This document shows, one piece after another, positions 28,366-38,361 of a DNA stretch of 64,000 nt (positions are counted from its first letter, which is position 1; the number at the start of each line of letters is the position of its first letter). The translations under genes were made by a program, and so were the position numbers. The notes below the pieces were generated by a model that did no database searches, had not been told where the DNA came from, and worked only from the letters and a program-made list of their open reading frames with translations. The stretch comes from an uncultured Candidatus Saccharibacteria bacterium (GTDB lineage: Bacteria; Patescibacteriota; WWE3; UBA101185; UBA10185): positions 2,470-66,469 of the forward strand of contig CAYLMU010000003.1 in the NCBI GenBank assembly GCA_964385105.1, in the 5' to 3' direction.

Positions 28366-29263
28366 TAAAAATATCCAATGGAACCATAATTATGTACGAA
28401 AATACTTGCCCCAAATAAACATTTAAAAACGACGCCACCAGGTATAGGCCTCCAACCACTGTAGATAACGGAATTAACCATAATACCAATGAATTAACCA
28501 GGGGACTTATTATACTAACCCTTTCAAAATGATATGCAATCAGTGGCCAAACCAATACCTGTGCTGCCAATGTAGAAATTAGGTCGGAAAAAAGAGCGTT
28601 TTTGCTTTTGAATAAACCACTAAATAGATCAGCAAACATAATTAAACCCAATGCGGCTAAAAAACTTAGTTGAAAGCTTAAACTATATAAATAAGTAGGA
28701 TTTATTGACACCATGACAAAACCTGAAAACAATAATATTTGCGTTACATCAATCTTTCGCCCATAAAATGTGCCTAAGCATACAATAGACCCCATAATCC
28801 AGGCTCTAACGACCGGAGGGTCAAATCCTGAAATTACCGCATAAACAAGTGTTGCGGTTAATGCAATCAATAAATTTCTATAGCTGTATTTTTTACCGAT
28901 AATTCGGTATACAAAAGCAAAAACAAGATTAATATTGTAACCGGAAACAACGATTACATGAACCGTCCCAACATCTCGAACGACGTCGTTAAACGTAGGA
29001 GTGTTATTTATGTCATTTATACCTAGTAAAACTCCCCCCAATAATTCGCTATGCGGACTAGGCAAATTTTGCTTTATTTTTTTATTTGAAAGCTCTCGAA
29101 ATTTTAAAACCTTATCTTCAATACCCAAAAATGACCTACCCCTCTCCTCAGACTGCTCAACTACTTCGGTACACTTCCATATGAAATAACTTTGACAATA
29201 GTTTGTTACTCTTAAATACGTTATTGTTGCAAACAAAAGGTACAATATATGACCCCTATGCAT
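28223..29263 (-). CDS. comEC: ComEC/Rec2 membrane 'Competence' domain part.
   Basis: LLGGVLLGINDIN...VRDVGTVHVIVVSGYNINLV matches the ComEC competence-domain signature. Multiple TM helices. Overlaps the next ORF (MBL part); possible frameshift. Confidence 0.65.
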   Translation of the reverse strand: MHRGHILYLLFATITYLRVTNYCQSYFIWKCTEVVEQSEERGRSFLGIEDKVLKFRELSNKKIKQNLPSPHSELLGGVLLGINDINNTPTFNDVVRDVGTVHVIVVSGYNINLVFAFVYRIIGKKYSYRNLLIALTATLVYAVISGFDPPVVRAWIMGSIVCLGTFYGRKIDVTQILLFSGFVMVSINPTYLYSLSFQLSFLAALGLIMFADLFSGLFKSKNALFSDLISTLAAQVLVWPLIAYHFERVSIISPLVNSLVLWLIPLSTVVGGLYLVASFLNVYLGQVFSYIIMVPLDIFIEVCYFFSTFPYSNIIFKPSIQFIWFYYFMAMAVPRLLKKNEFTKVH

Positions 29264-30030
29264 TAAAATCCTAAAGAACTTTCGATTTTTTTAAGCGTAC
29301 TCTCCGGAATCTTAGTTTTGCTAATTAATTCGGCCAAATTTGTATAGGGTCGATTCTCGATTATTTTTTGAGCATAAACCTTACCTATACCTTTTAAACT
29401 TTCAAGTTCCGTTTGCGACGCCGTATTAACATTTATTTTTGATAAATCCGATACTTCCGACTCATCAGATGCTGCTGATGAAGGCACTCCATTTAAATCT
29501 ATTGAATCCGGCTCAAAATTATTATTTACCGCTGTACTCTCTTGAACAGGTATACTTGCAACCAAAGAACGCTTGTTTTCTAAGTCATGTTCAAACGGAA
29601 TATAAACCTTTTGACTGTCTGTCAAAACCTGTGCCAAGTTTAATTGTCTACTCACCCACTCTTCTGAAGATTCATTTAACACATCACCACCCAATACTAA
29701 AAGATCAGCAACTCTTGCACCCTCATGTAATTTATAAATACCCGGACGTTCGATTGCTCCTGCTAAATCAACATATATAAAACTATCCTCTGTTTCATCA
29801 TTATTTGAAACAGTGATGTTGGTGTCTGAACTATTTTGGAGGTTATAGAAAATTAAATATAAAGTAACTGAAGCAACAATCAATATAAATAAAATTATGC
29901 TGAATTTCTCTTTGATTATGGACAATATTTGGATTATTAACTGACTGTGTTCTGAACTCATACCCGAAGTGTAATGCCACTCTAAAAAAAATTGAAGAGT
30001 GCTTTGTCTATTTTTAATAGATATTTGCAA
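29263..30030 (-). CDS. comEA: ComEA-like DNA receptor (N-terminal TM, SLBB-like region, C-terminal tandem helix-hairpin-helix).
   Basis: C-terminus INVNTASQTELESLKGIGKVYAQKIIENRPYTNLAELISKTKIPESTLKKI is a typical ComEA HhH motif. Confidence 0.75.
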   Translation of the reverse strand: MQISIKNRQSTLQFFLEWHYTSGMSSEHSQLIIQILSIIKEKFSIILFILIVASVTLYLIFYNLQNSSDTNITVSNNDETEDSFIYVDLAGAIERPGIYKLHEGARVADLLVLGGDVLNESSEEWVSRQLNLAQVLTDSQKVYIPFEHDLENKRSLVASIPVQESTAVNNNFEPDSIDLNGVPSSAASDESEVSDLSKINVNTASQTELESLKGIGKVYAQKIIENRPYTNLAELISKTKIPESTLKKIESSLGF

Positions 30031-30222
30031 AGTATTTCCCGCATTATTTCCGCAAGTAAATTTGCGATGTAGTTTTTACATTGTGGATAAATTTGGGACA
30101 AGTTAATATGTTATTATTTAACGCATTTTTCCCGCATACTTTTGACAAAGTAATTATTACACAATAGTCTACGCTCTATTAAAGATTATTTATTTGTACA
30201 ATGAGATATAATGAAAATGGGA

Positions 30223-30546
30223 TTATTTAGTCTTCTCTTCTTCAACTGCTTCTAACAGTGCTTCTCTAAAAAATTCATTCTTTTGTAAATCTTTAAGCAC
30301 CTTAACAATTTTGGCTTTATTCAAGTCATAGTAAACCTGTCTTCCTTTTTTATTATTCTTTAAAAGTCCTAGTGAAAATAGAACTCTTAAGTGATGAGAA
30401 GCTAAATTCTCCTCTACATTTAAGTGGTCAGCCACAGTACTTACGTTTTTTGGACCATCGCTAAGCATTTTTAAAATTTTGACTCTATTTTGATCGGAAA
30501 AAGCTTTTGAAAGCTTTAACATGTTTGCCATGCCTACAATATACAA
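30223..30546 (-). CDS. ArsR/SmtB-family winged-helix transcriptional regulator.
   Basis: VKILKMLSDGPKNVSTVADHLNVEENLASHHLRVLFSLGLLKNNKKGRQVYYDL. Confidence 0.75.
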   Translation of the reverse strand: MYIVGMANMLKLSKAFSDQNRVKILKMLSDGPKNVSTVADHLNVEENLASHHLRVLFSLGLLKNNKKGRQVYYDLNKAKIVKVLKDLQKNEFFREALLEAVEEEKTK

Positions 30547-30573
30547 TAATAATTAGAACGATGCAATACAGAT

Positions 30574-32109
30574 TTAACGACTATATTGAAGTGCTTCTGC
30601 TATATGTTCACTACTTATATGAGGTGAAGATTCCAAATCAGCAATGGTGCGAGCAACTTTAATTACTTTAAAATAAGCTCGTGCAGACAATACTAAGCTT
30701 TTTGTAGCTTGTGTCATTAATTGTCTACTTTCCAAATCTAATTTGCAATATTTGTCAATATGAATCTTTTTCATTTTAGAGTTGCATTTTATTACATCAT
30801 TCTTAAATCGTTGATTTTGTATCTCACGAGCTTTTATAATACTCGCTTTTATTTTAGTATGACTAAACTTTGAGTTTAATATTTGTGAGGTTAATCTCTG
30901 TGAAGAGTTAAGATCCTCAATGTCTACCGGTTTGACGTTGATTTTTATGTCAATTCTGTCCAATATGGGACCAGAAATTTTAGACTTGTATTTTTGTATC
31001 TGTTGCGGTGTGCATGTACACTTTTTCATATGATGTGTATGGTACCCGCACGGACACGGGTTAGATGCTGCCAGCAAAGTAAAATCTGCCGGAAATATAA
31101 ATGTGCCCTTCTTTCGTGTAATTACACATATATCTTCTTCAAGCGGCTGTCTCAAAGATTCAATTACTTGCCTATTAAACTCAGGAAATTCATCAAGAAA
31201 TAACACACCTTTGTGAGCCAAACTAATCTCACCCGGTATAGGATTATTACCTCCACCAATCATTCCTGCATATGAAGTTGTATGATGCGGAGATCTATAC
31301 GGTGGCACTTTTATCATGTTATCACCCTGTTTAATCGTTCCTGTTATTGCATGTATTTTAGTGACATTGAAAGAATCCTCTAAATCCAAATTTGGTAATA
31401 ATCCGGAATATGTATGCGATAGCAATGTCTTACCAGCTCCGGGAGGTCCTTCAAAATGCATATTATGCCTACCTGCAGCTGATATTAAAATAGCACGTTT
31501 AGCGTCATCTTGTCCTATAATATCATCTAACGTACCCCTATAATTGTTCTCCATACTGTTCTTAATACTGTCGCTATTTGTTAGCTTTTTGACTGACATT
31601 ATACCTGTTTGTAAAAATTCTAGCACTTCATTTAAATGGCTAAACCCCAAAACAGATACTTGTTCTCTACTTTCTATATTAATAGCATTGACGTCAGATA
31701 TTATTACATTTTTGTAACCATGTAAATATGCGTACATGCATGCTAAAAATGCTTTATTTGAATATTTAATTGTTCCATCCAGTGAAAGCTCTCCAAGCAT
31801 TAATGTATCACTTGGAATTTGTAAATTTGACATAAGTGAAATAATACCTATGGCAATCGGTAAATCATAAAAAGATCCATCTTTTGGTAAATCAGCGGGT
31901 GCTAAGTTCACAAGTATCTTTTTGCCTGATATTGTAATCCCTATGTTTCTTAACGCTGTTGAAATTCGTTCCTTACTTTCTGATATTTCCTTACCCGGAA
32001 GTCCAATAATATCAAATCCCGGAAAACCTCTGCCAGAAATATTTACTTCAACCGTTACCAAAACTAAATCTAAGCCATAAGAAGTAACAGAATAAGTTTT
32101 AGTTAACAT
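30574..32109 (-). CDS. comM: YifB/ComM-family Mg-chelatase-like AAA+ ATPase.
   Basis: N-terminal Lon-like ChlI domain. Walker A GPPGAGKTLL. C-terminal Mg_chelatase_C-like region. Confidence 0.85.
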   Translation of the reverse strand: MLTKTYSVTSYGLDLVLVTVEVNISGRGFPGFDIIGLPGKEISESKERISTALRNIGITISGKKILVNLAPADLPKDGSFYDLPIAIGIISLMSNLQIPSDTLMLGELSLDGTIKYSNKAFLACMYAYLHGYKNVIISDVNAINIESREQVSVLGFSHLNEVLEFLQTGIMSVKKLTNSDSIKNSMENNYRGTLDDIIGQDDAKRAILISAAGRHNMHFEGPPGAGKTLLSHTYSGLLPNLDLEDSFNVTKIHAITGTIKQGDNMIKVPPYRSPHHTTSYAGMIGGGNNPIPGEISLAHKGVLFLDEFPEFNRQVIESLRQPLEEDICVITRKKGTFIFPADFTLLAASNPCPCGYHTHHMKKCTCTPQQIQKYKSKISGPILDRIDIKINVKPVDIEDLNSSQRLTSQILNSKFSHTKIKASIIKAREIQNQRFKNDVIKCNSKMKKIHIDKYCKLDLESRQLMTQATKSLVLSARAYFKVIKVARTIADLESSPHISSEHIAEALQYSR

Positions 32110-32959
32110 AGTACGAACCTTCTGAATCAGATACTATCCCCTTAACTAATAGGTGTGTGATTGCAGCATTTAGCCTGCCAATTTCCATATCACATATATT
32201 TATTATTTCATTCTTTGTCATTACTTTATTTTTGATTTTTGAATAAACTATTTGCTCATCTGTAGACAAAAGTGTCATATTAATACTTTCGTTTTTCTTT
32301 TTGTTCTTTATGCCATAAAACGTCAATATATCACTTGCATCGGTTACAACTGTTGCCCCCTCTTTTAATAAGGTATTGCTTCCCAGTGACATCCTTGAAT
32401 CAATGTTGCCTGGAATCGCAAAAAGTTTTCTACCAAATTTCTTAGCGTATTCTGCAGTAATCATTGAACCGCTATTATTCTCGGCTTCCACAATTAACAC
32501 ACCTTTACATAATCCCGCAACAATCTCATTTCTCTTGCTAAACATCCATTTTTGCGGTTTTGCCTTATCTTCATACTCTGACATAATGATGCCGCCGGAA
32601 TCCAATATAGAGTAATAAAGATTTTCTTGATATGCTGGTGTTATAAAATTAATTCCACAAGGCATAACAGCAATCGTTTTTCCTCCAGCTTCTATGCAAG
32701 AACTATGTGCTGTAGCATCTACCCCAAACATAAAGCCCGAAACAACCGAGATACCATTATCAGCAAGTTGGGGAACTAATTTCCTCACTAATCTTTCACC
32801 GTAATTTGTCATCCTTCTACTTCCTACAACTGCCAAACAGTTATCAAAAATTTTGCCATCAAAGCTTTTATATTTCACGAATAGTTTTTTTGAGGATGAA
32901 TAAATTGAACCTAGTAAAGGTGATACTTCTTTAACATCCATTTGACTAATGTGATACAT
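32099..32959 (-). CDS. dprA: DNA-processing protein DprA (Smf).
   Basis: VVSGFMFGVDATAHSSCIEAGGKTIAVMPCGINFITPAYQENLYYSILDSGGIIMSEY is the DprA Rossmann-fold signature. Overlaps comM by 11 nt. Confidence 0.85.
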   Translation of the reverse strand: MYHISQMDVKEVSPLLGSIYSSSKKLFVKYKSFDGKIFDNCLAVVGSRRMTNYGERLVRKLVPQLADNGISVVSGFMFGVDATAHSSCIEAGGKTIAVMPCGINFITPAYQENLYYSILDSGGIIMSEYEDKAKPQKWMFSKRNEIVAGLCKGVLIVEAENNSGSMITAEYAKKFGRKLFAIPGNIDSRMSLGSNTLLKEGATVVTDASDILTFYGIKNKKKNESINMTLLSTDEQIVYSKIKNKVMTKNEIINICDMEIGRLNAAITHLLVKGIVSDSEGSYYVN

Positions 32960-33044
32960 ATTGCCAACATATCAAAATTTTATGCAATAAAATACATGGT
33001 AAATTCCACTATAAATAGAGTGAAAACTCGGGAAAAATATTGAA

Positions 33045-33731
33045 TTGCTATGCTATAATCGTGACATGAACGATTACTTACCCATTGATGAATTCATAAA
33101 GCTTGCAGAACAAAAAGGTGTGGATTTTGGTAACGGAGACCCATATAACAGATTAAGATATTATACAAAAATCGGATGGATTCCACATATGACACGAATG
33201 AAAGGTGATGAAGCCTCTACCAAAGGTCATTTATCCAAGTCTATTGTAGATAGACTTTTATACATTCAAGAATTAAAAGATTCCGGCATGACAAATGATG
33301 AAATAACGGAAGAATTAAGCAAACAAAGTAAATTTCAAACACTGATATCAATAATCAAATCAGAAAAATTTCAGAATAAATTTACAGCAGTTGCCCTGCT
33401 AGTAATGCTGTTTATTGTTTTAGTATCAGAGCTGGGTGTAATTAAAATAGGTAAATCGCAGACACCGGCCTCGTTTATAGTACAAAATAATAATCCTAAT
33501 ATATCAATTATCGATGCCGGAAGTGCTTTTATGCCTCGAGGTGAAAAGACAGTATTTGTCACAAATGTGGAGGTTACAGAGACTTCAAAAATTTATGTAT
33601 CGTTTAAAAATGACTTTTCGCCTGCAGCAAAATTCTGGATTTCAGAACAAATACCCGGTACAGGCTTTAGAGTTGAACTGGATGCTCCAACTTTAAACGA
33701 TGCTGAATTTGATTGGTGGATTACTAATTAA
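33045..33731 (+). CDS. Hypothetical protein: N-terminal MerR-like HTH, central TM helix, and a C-terminal domain ending FDWWITN (paralogous to the gene ending at 149).
   Basis: N-terminal ...YNRLRYYTKIGWIPHMTRMKGDEASTKGHLSKSIVDRLLYIQELKDSGMTNDEI. TM AVALLVMLFIVLVSELGVI. C-terminal similarity to the window-start gene. Confidence 0.5.
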   Translation: MLCYNRDMNDYLPIDEFIKLAEQKGVDFGNGDPYNRLRYYTKIGWIPHMTRMKGDEASTKGHLSKSIVDRLLYIQELKDSGMTNDEITEELSKQSKFQTLISIIKSEKFQNKFTAVALLVMLFIVLVSELGVIKIGKSQTPASFIVQNNNPNISIIDAGSAFMPRGEKTVFVTNVEVTETSKIYVSFKNDFSPAAKFWISEQIPGTGFRVELDAPTLNDAEFDWWITN

Positions 33732-33740
33732 AATTAATTT

Positions 33741-33816
33741 TGGTGGACCGTAGCGGGATCGAACCGCTGACCTCTACTATGCCATAGTAGCACTCTACCA
33801 ACTGAGCTAACGGCCC
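33741..33816 (-). tRNA. tRNA-Ala(GGC) with encoded CCA.
   Basis: Reverse complement GGGCCGTTAGCTCAGTTGGTAGAGTGCTACTATGGCATAGTAGAGGTCAGCGGTTCGATCCCGCTACGGTCCACCA. G3:U70 Ala identity pair present. Anticodon loop AUGGCAU gives GGC. Confidence 0.8.
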
Positions 33817-33833
33817 AAGACTTAAACATTATA

Positions 33834-34979
33834 CTATGATTTTACTACTCTTCTGTTAGGTAAATTATCAATTGTGTAAGTTTTAGTAGGTTGTTCATCC
33901 GCAAAAAATACTATTCTCTCAGGTGCCTCTTTTAACTTTTCTACAATTTTTTCCTGAAGCACTTTTGTTCCCTCGCCCGTTACCGCAGAAATTCCAATTA
34001 CATCCACACCCATTAACTTAAACTCTTTAATTATTTCAGGTAGTGATTCTTTTACTTCAGTTATATCTATTTTATTTATCACTACTATCTCAGGTTTGTC
34101 AGCAAGCCTCACTCTGCCTTTCACATAGCTGCTTAATTCTTCTCTAATTGCTTTATATGATTGTAAAGCAGTATCAACCATAGTCATGTCAACATTTATC
34201 CCCTCTATTGTATATGACAACGGATTTATCAAATGAACCAATATTCGTGTTCTTTCAATGTGGCGCAAAAAGTCATCACCAAGCCCTTTACCCTGTGAAG
34301 CACCTTCAATCAAACCCGGAAGATCGGCCACTATAACATTTTGCCCGGTATAAAGAGTAAGTTTGCCTAAATTTGGAGTAATTGTAGTAAAAGGATAACT
34401 GGCAGTTTTGGCTTTTGTGTTTGTCCAATAATTAATGAGTGTACTCTTACCTGCATTAGGCATACCAATCAACCCCACGTCGGCCACCATTTTAATTTCA
34501 AGAATTAATGTTTTTTCTTCACCGCTTGTTCCATGAGTAAATTGAACCGGAGCTTGATTTGTTGAACTTTTAAACCTCACATTCCCCTTACCTCCAATAC
34601 CACCTTTAGCAATTAAAAGCTTTTCTTCTTTTGATACAGCTACCATGTCACCTACAAGAATTTCCTCATCACCTTTTACTTCATAAATTAATGTGCCGAC
34701 GGGAATTTTAATATAAAGGTCTTCTCCGCTTTCACCGCTCATTTTTCGTTTCCCACCTTCTTTACCATTTTGCGCTTTATACTGTGTTTTTGTTCTAAAA
34801 TCCAGTAATGTCACCATATTTTCTTCGGGTACCAAATACACATCTCCGCCATTTCCTCCGTCACCACCGTCAGGACCACCTTTGGGAATATATTTTTCAC
34901 GTCTAAATGAAACATGACCGTCTCCGCCATTTCCGGCTTTGACATATATTTTTACTTTGTCTACAAGGGCTTTTGCCAT
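33834..34979 (-). CDS. obg: GTPase Obg/CgtA.
   Basis: Obg-fold Gly-rich N-terminus (GGNGGDGHVSFRREKYIPKGGPDGGDGGNGGDVY). G-domain motifs GMPNAGKST, DLPGLIEGAS, NKID. Confidence 0.9.
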   Translation of the reverse strand: MAKALVDKVKIYVKAGNGGDGHVSFRREKYIPKGGPDGGDGGNGGDVYLVPEENMVTLLDFRTKTQYKAQNGKEGGKRKMSGESGEDLYIKIPVGTLIYEVKGDEEILVGDMVAVSKEEKLLIAKGGIGGKGNVRFKSSTNQAPVQFTHGTSGEEKTLILEIKMVADVGLIGMPNAGKSTLINYWTNTKAKTASYPFTTITPNLGKLTLYTGQNVIVADLPGLIEGASQGKGLGDDFLRHIERTRILVHLINPLSYTIEGINVDMTMVDTALQSYKAIREELSSYVKGRVRLADKPEIVVINKIDITEVKESLPEIIKEFKLMGVDVIGISAVTGEGTKVLQEKIVEKLKEAPERIVFFADEQPTKTYTIDNLPNRRVVKS

Positions 34980-34993
34980 GGATGTATTATAGA

Positions 34994-36280
34994 CTAATTT
35001 ATGTAATTTAGCGGATTTTGTGATACACCGTTAAAGTTTATTGTAAAGTGCACGTGCGGCCCTGTTGATCTTCCGGTATTACCCATGAGTCCGAGTGCCT
35101 GCCCTTTTGCCACCGTATCGCCATAGCCAATATCAACCCTGCTCATATGGCCATATACAGTTTCGTATCCGTTACCATGGTCTATTCTTACATGAAGGCC
35201 TAATCCCCATGGATCCCAACCGGACCTTGTTACAACACCACCAGCACATGCATATAAAGGAGGCATTGCGTTTCCACTTGGATTAGCAATATCAAGCCCA
35301 TTGTGATACCACGAGAAGTATTGCGTGATAATTCGGGTTGTTGTAGGCCACATGCACCACCCAGAAGATGCGTTCGGATCAACTGCTGAAGGTAATGGAG
35401 CCAAGTATGACGGCGAAGGCACAACCACATTTTGAGGAATTTTTGCATCGGGAATAACAAGCTCAGAACCCACAACAAGACTTGACGTATTTAAAATGTA
35501 GTTAAAGTCAGCAATAGCCTGTGGAGCAACAGAATATTTATTGGCAATAGAACTTAAAGTATCTCCTTTTGCAACTGTGTGAATTAATCCTGTTACCGGA
35601 GGGATTACAATCTGATCTCCAACATTTAATACAGAATAATCCGACAAATTGTTTACATACTTTAAAGCATCAACTGAGATTTTAAATTTATTACCAATCG
35701 AAGATAGTGTATCCCCGTCTTCAATAACATAAGCAAACGGCTCAGATTGTTTTCTACTGTCGGGCACTGTTGTAATAGCTGTGGTTCTTTGAGGAATAAT
35801 ATCTGTGACACTTGCCAAATAGTCAGGGTCAATTTCTTGGCTGTTCACAAGTTTAGAACTATTAAAGACTTCTCCAATCATAAAAACCATAAAAGCTACA
35901 ACCATAACAAAAGAAGTTACAATAGGCCTGCCCAGTCTTCCTCTTGACCATATCATTTTTCTTACAACAAATGCCTTTGTCACCGGCACAGAGTTAACTG
36001 CTAACACCCCTGTTCTTCGTGTTCCCCTTAATATATTCCTAATTTTTAATCTTAAATATTTTAGTGTGGAATTGAAAAAATCAATATAAATATTAAACCA
36101 CTGTTCTACTTTATTTCGACCTTTAGGGTCAAAACCTTCAAAACGAACCTGAAAAAATCTTTGAGATTTTGGACGCTTTGAAGTTATAGTCCATAAACGG
36201 CTATGCTGGACACGGTCTTTTATGCTTTTATCTTTTTTAAGTGATAACTTACCACCTAGTTTAAAAGACATCTTGTACAT
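34994..36280 (-). CDS. LysM-domain M23-family peptidoglycan endopeptidase (membrane anchored).
   Basis: Two LysM motifs (YVIEDGDTLSSIGNKFKISVDALKYVNNL; HTVAKGDTLSSIANKYSVAPQAIADFN). M23 motifs HNGLDIA and GHMSRV..GNTGRSTGPHVHF. Confidence 0.8.
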   Translation of the reverse strand: MYKMSFKLGGKLSLKKDKSIKDRVQHSRLWTITSKRPKSQRFFQVRFEGFDPKGRNKVEQWFNIYIDFFNSTLKYLRLKIRNILRGTRRTGVLAVNSVPVTKAFVVRKMIWSRGRLGRPIVTSFVMVVAFMVFMIGEVFNSSKLVNSQEIDPDYLASVTDIIPQRTTAITTVPDSRKQSEPFAYVIEDGDTLSSIGNKFKISVDALKYVNNLSDYSVLNVGDQIVIPPVTGLIHTVAKGDTLSSIANKYSVAPQAIADFNYILNTSSLVVGSELVIPDAKIPQNVVVPSPSYLAPLPSAVDPNASSGWCMWPTTTRIITQYFSWYHNGLDIANPSGNAMPPLYACAGGVVTRSGWDPWGLGLHVRIDHGNGYETVYGHMSRVDIGYGDTVAKGQALGLMGNTGRSTGPHVHFTINFNGVSQNPLNYIN

Positions 36281-36296
36281 TTTATCAAATGTAAAG

Positions 36297-37475
36297 CTAC
36301 TTTGCTTGGTGCAGGGTTTCTAGAAAGTCTTTATTGTTTTTTGACTTTTTAAGCTGTTGAATAACAAGTTCTGTGGCCTCATTATTATTTAATAAATCAA
36401 CCATTCGTCTTAGTCGATGTACGGAATCTAAAGTCTTTTCGTCATACAACTGTTCTTCGTGTCTTGTACCGCTGGCTTTAATATCAATTGCAGGATATAT
36501 TCTTCTTTCGGCAAGGTTTCTATCAAGTCTCAATTCCATGTTACCGGTACCTTTAAATTCTTCAAAAATAACTTCATCCATTCTTGAACCTGTATCAACT
36601 AACGATGTCGCAATAATAGTTAAGCTACCTGCTTCTTCAAAATTACGTGCAGCTCCAAAGAAATGTTTAGCCGGATATAATGCAGACGGGTCAAATCCAC
36701 CGGATAATGTTCTTCCTGATGGCGGAACCACCATATTGTATGCCCTGGCTAATCTGGTCAATGAGTCCATTAATATAACCACATCCTTACCCTTCTCAGC
36801 CATTCTTTTTGCTTTTTCTAAACAAATTTCAGCAATTCTGGTCTGATCTTCTGCTTTTTCATCAAAATTACTTGCAAACACTTCACCTTTAACTTTTCGT
36901 TGCATATCTGTCACCTCTTCAGGTCTTTCGCCAATTAGTGCAACCAACAATTCCACTTCAGGGTAATTGTCTGCTAATCCATGCGCTATATCTTGTAATA
37001 ACCAGGTTTTACCTGCTTTAGGAGGTGCAACAATCATAGCTCTTTGACCTTTACCTATTGGTGCAATTAAGTCGATTAATCTTGTTGAAATAATGTCGGG
37101 TTTTGTTTCCAGCTTTAACCACTCATTCGGAAACACCGGAGTCATTTTGCTAAACGAAGGTCTTTTCTTTGCTTCATCAGGGTTTAAATCATCAACCTTT
37201 TCGACTTGTAACAAAGACAGCCATCTCTCACCCTCTTTTGGAGCGCGTGCATAACCTTCTATTGTGTCACCCATTCTAAGATTAAATCTTCTAATTTGTG
37301 ACTGGCTTATATAAACATCTTTAGGTAAGTCAGAATTCTCAGGAGCTTCAGGTTGTCTTATAACTCCATAATCAGGAAATATTTCAAGTGTACCTTTTAC
37401 GGCTATTGTTGAACCTGAGTAGTAAGTACTTTCTGAATCACCGTTACCATTATTTATTTTTTTTGTTCTTGGCAT
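36297..37475 (-). CDS. rho: Transcription termination factor Rho.
   Basis: RNA-binding N-terminal domain. Walker A APPKAGKT. Q-loop and R-loop regions typical of Rho. 392 aa. Confidence 0.9.
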   Translation of the reverse strand: MPRTKKINNGNGDSESTYYSGSTIAVKGTLEIFPDYGVIRQPEAPENSDLPKDVYISQSQIRRFNLRMGDTIEGYARAPKEGERWLSLLQVEKVDDLNPDEAKKRPSFSKMTPVFPNEWLKLETKPDIISTRLIDLIAPIGKGQRAMIVAPPKAGKTWLLQDIAHGLADNYPEVELLVALIGERPEEVTDMQRKVKGEVFASNFDEKAEDQTRIAEICLEKAKRMAEKGKDVVILMDSLTRLARAYNMVVPPSGRTLSGGFDPSALYPAKHFFGAARNFEEAGSLTIIATSLVDTGSRMDEVIFEEFKGTGNMELRLDRNLAERRIYPAIDIKASGTRHEEQLYDEKTLDSVHRLRRMVDLLNNNEATELVIQQLKKSKNNKDFLETLHQAK

Positions 37476-37554
37476 AGAATAATTCTTTAAGGGAACTAAT
37501 TAACTAAGATCGGGAGATAGCCACTGCCCCGAGCTACCTCCCTATCTCAATAAA

Positions 37555-38211
37555 CTAATAATGAACAAGTTCGGATTTTACCACTAACCTTTTGTTGTAA
37601 CCTTCCCCGGGTATCCAAACACCACCGCATGTAATTAACGTAAGCTCCGACTTATCATAAACTTTATCAAATATTTTTAATCTTTCAGGATCAAGAATAT
37701 CGATATAAAACAGATTAGTGATTTTGTAGGTATATACTTTACCTAAACTATCAACTAAAAAAACTCTATCATTTATTTGTGCATTTTTCAACTCATACAA
37801 TGCTGCAGGAGCACCAAAATTATTATCATAATGCGCGTTTACAATTATGTTTCCGACCTCACCGGGTTTAGCACTTTTGTAGTACCAACCCCCTACATTC
37901 CAATCGTCAGGAGCTTCTAATGCCCCATCTTCCTCAACACCAACTTCTATAATGTCAAAATCTACATTTACGCTGTTCATAAACAAACGTGTAGGGTTTG
38001 CATACAAAGGCTTCAAACTATCTTTAAAAACGGATGGCTTTGGAGTCTGTATCTCTTCTTGTGGCTTAAATCTGTTCGTAATAGAAATTATGTTTTTCAA
38101 GCTTATTTTATTTAATAAATCAGGATTAAACGAAAAAGCCAAAACAACAATTGTAGCACCAACCAGTGAGCTGTATATTAAAAGCTTTTTATTTAGATCC
38201 GTTGTGAACAT
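37555..38211 (-). CDS. Sortase-family transpeptidase (second copy).
   Basis: N-terminal TM. LTLITCGG (TLxTC) motif. Adjacent to the LPKTG-protein gene. Confidence 0.7.
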   Translation of the reverse strand: MFTTDLNKKLLIYSSLVGATIVVLAFSFNPDLLNKISLKNIISITNRFKPQEEIQTPKPSVFKDSLKPLYANPTRLFMNSVNVDFDIIEVGVEEDGALEAPDDWNVGGWYYKSAKPGEVGNIIVNAHYDNNFGAPAALYELKNAQINDRVFLVDSLGKVYTYKITNLFYIDILDPERLKIFDKVYDKSELTLITCGGVWIPGEGYNKRLVVKSELVHY

Positions 38212-38361
38212 TTTTTATTATTAACATTTAGTTTTTTCCAGCAGGGGTTTGTTACTGCAAAGTTAGATTTCAAATAGAATGGTCGCGTAAGCGTGCGGCA
38301 AACCCAACCATTCTACTCAAAACCCAACCTTCTTGACTTGTAAATGAATTTTGGGGGTGTA

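Noticed and set aside
38275-38315. agaatggt…accattct inverted repeat (8-bp arms, 24-nt loop) between the LPKTG-protein and sortase genes as a possible riboswitch or sRNA.
   Set aside because: A single dyad is insufficient to support an ncRNA call; it is more likely part of the sortase promoter/operator region. Not reported as a feature.
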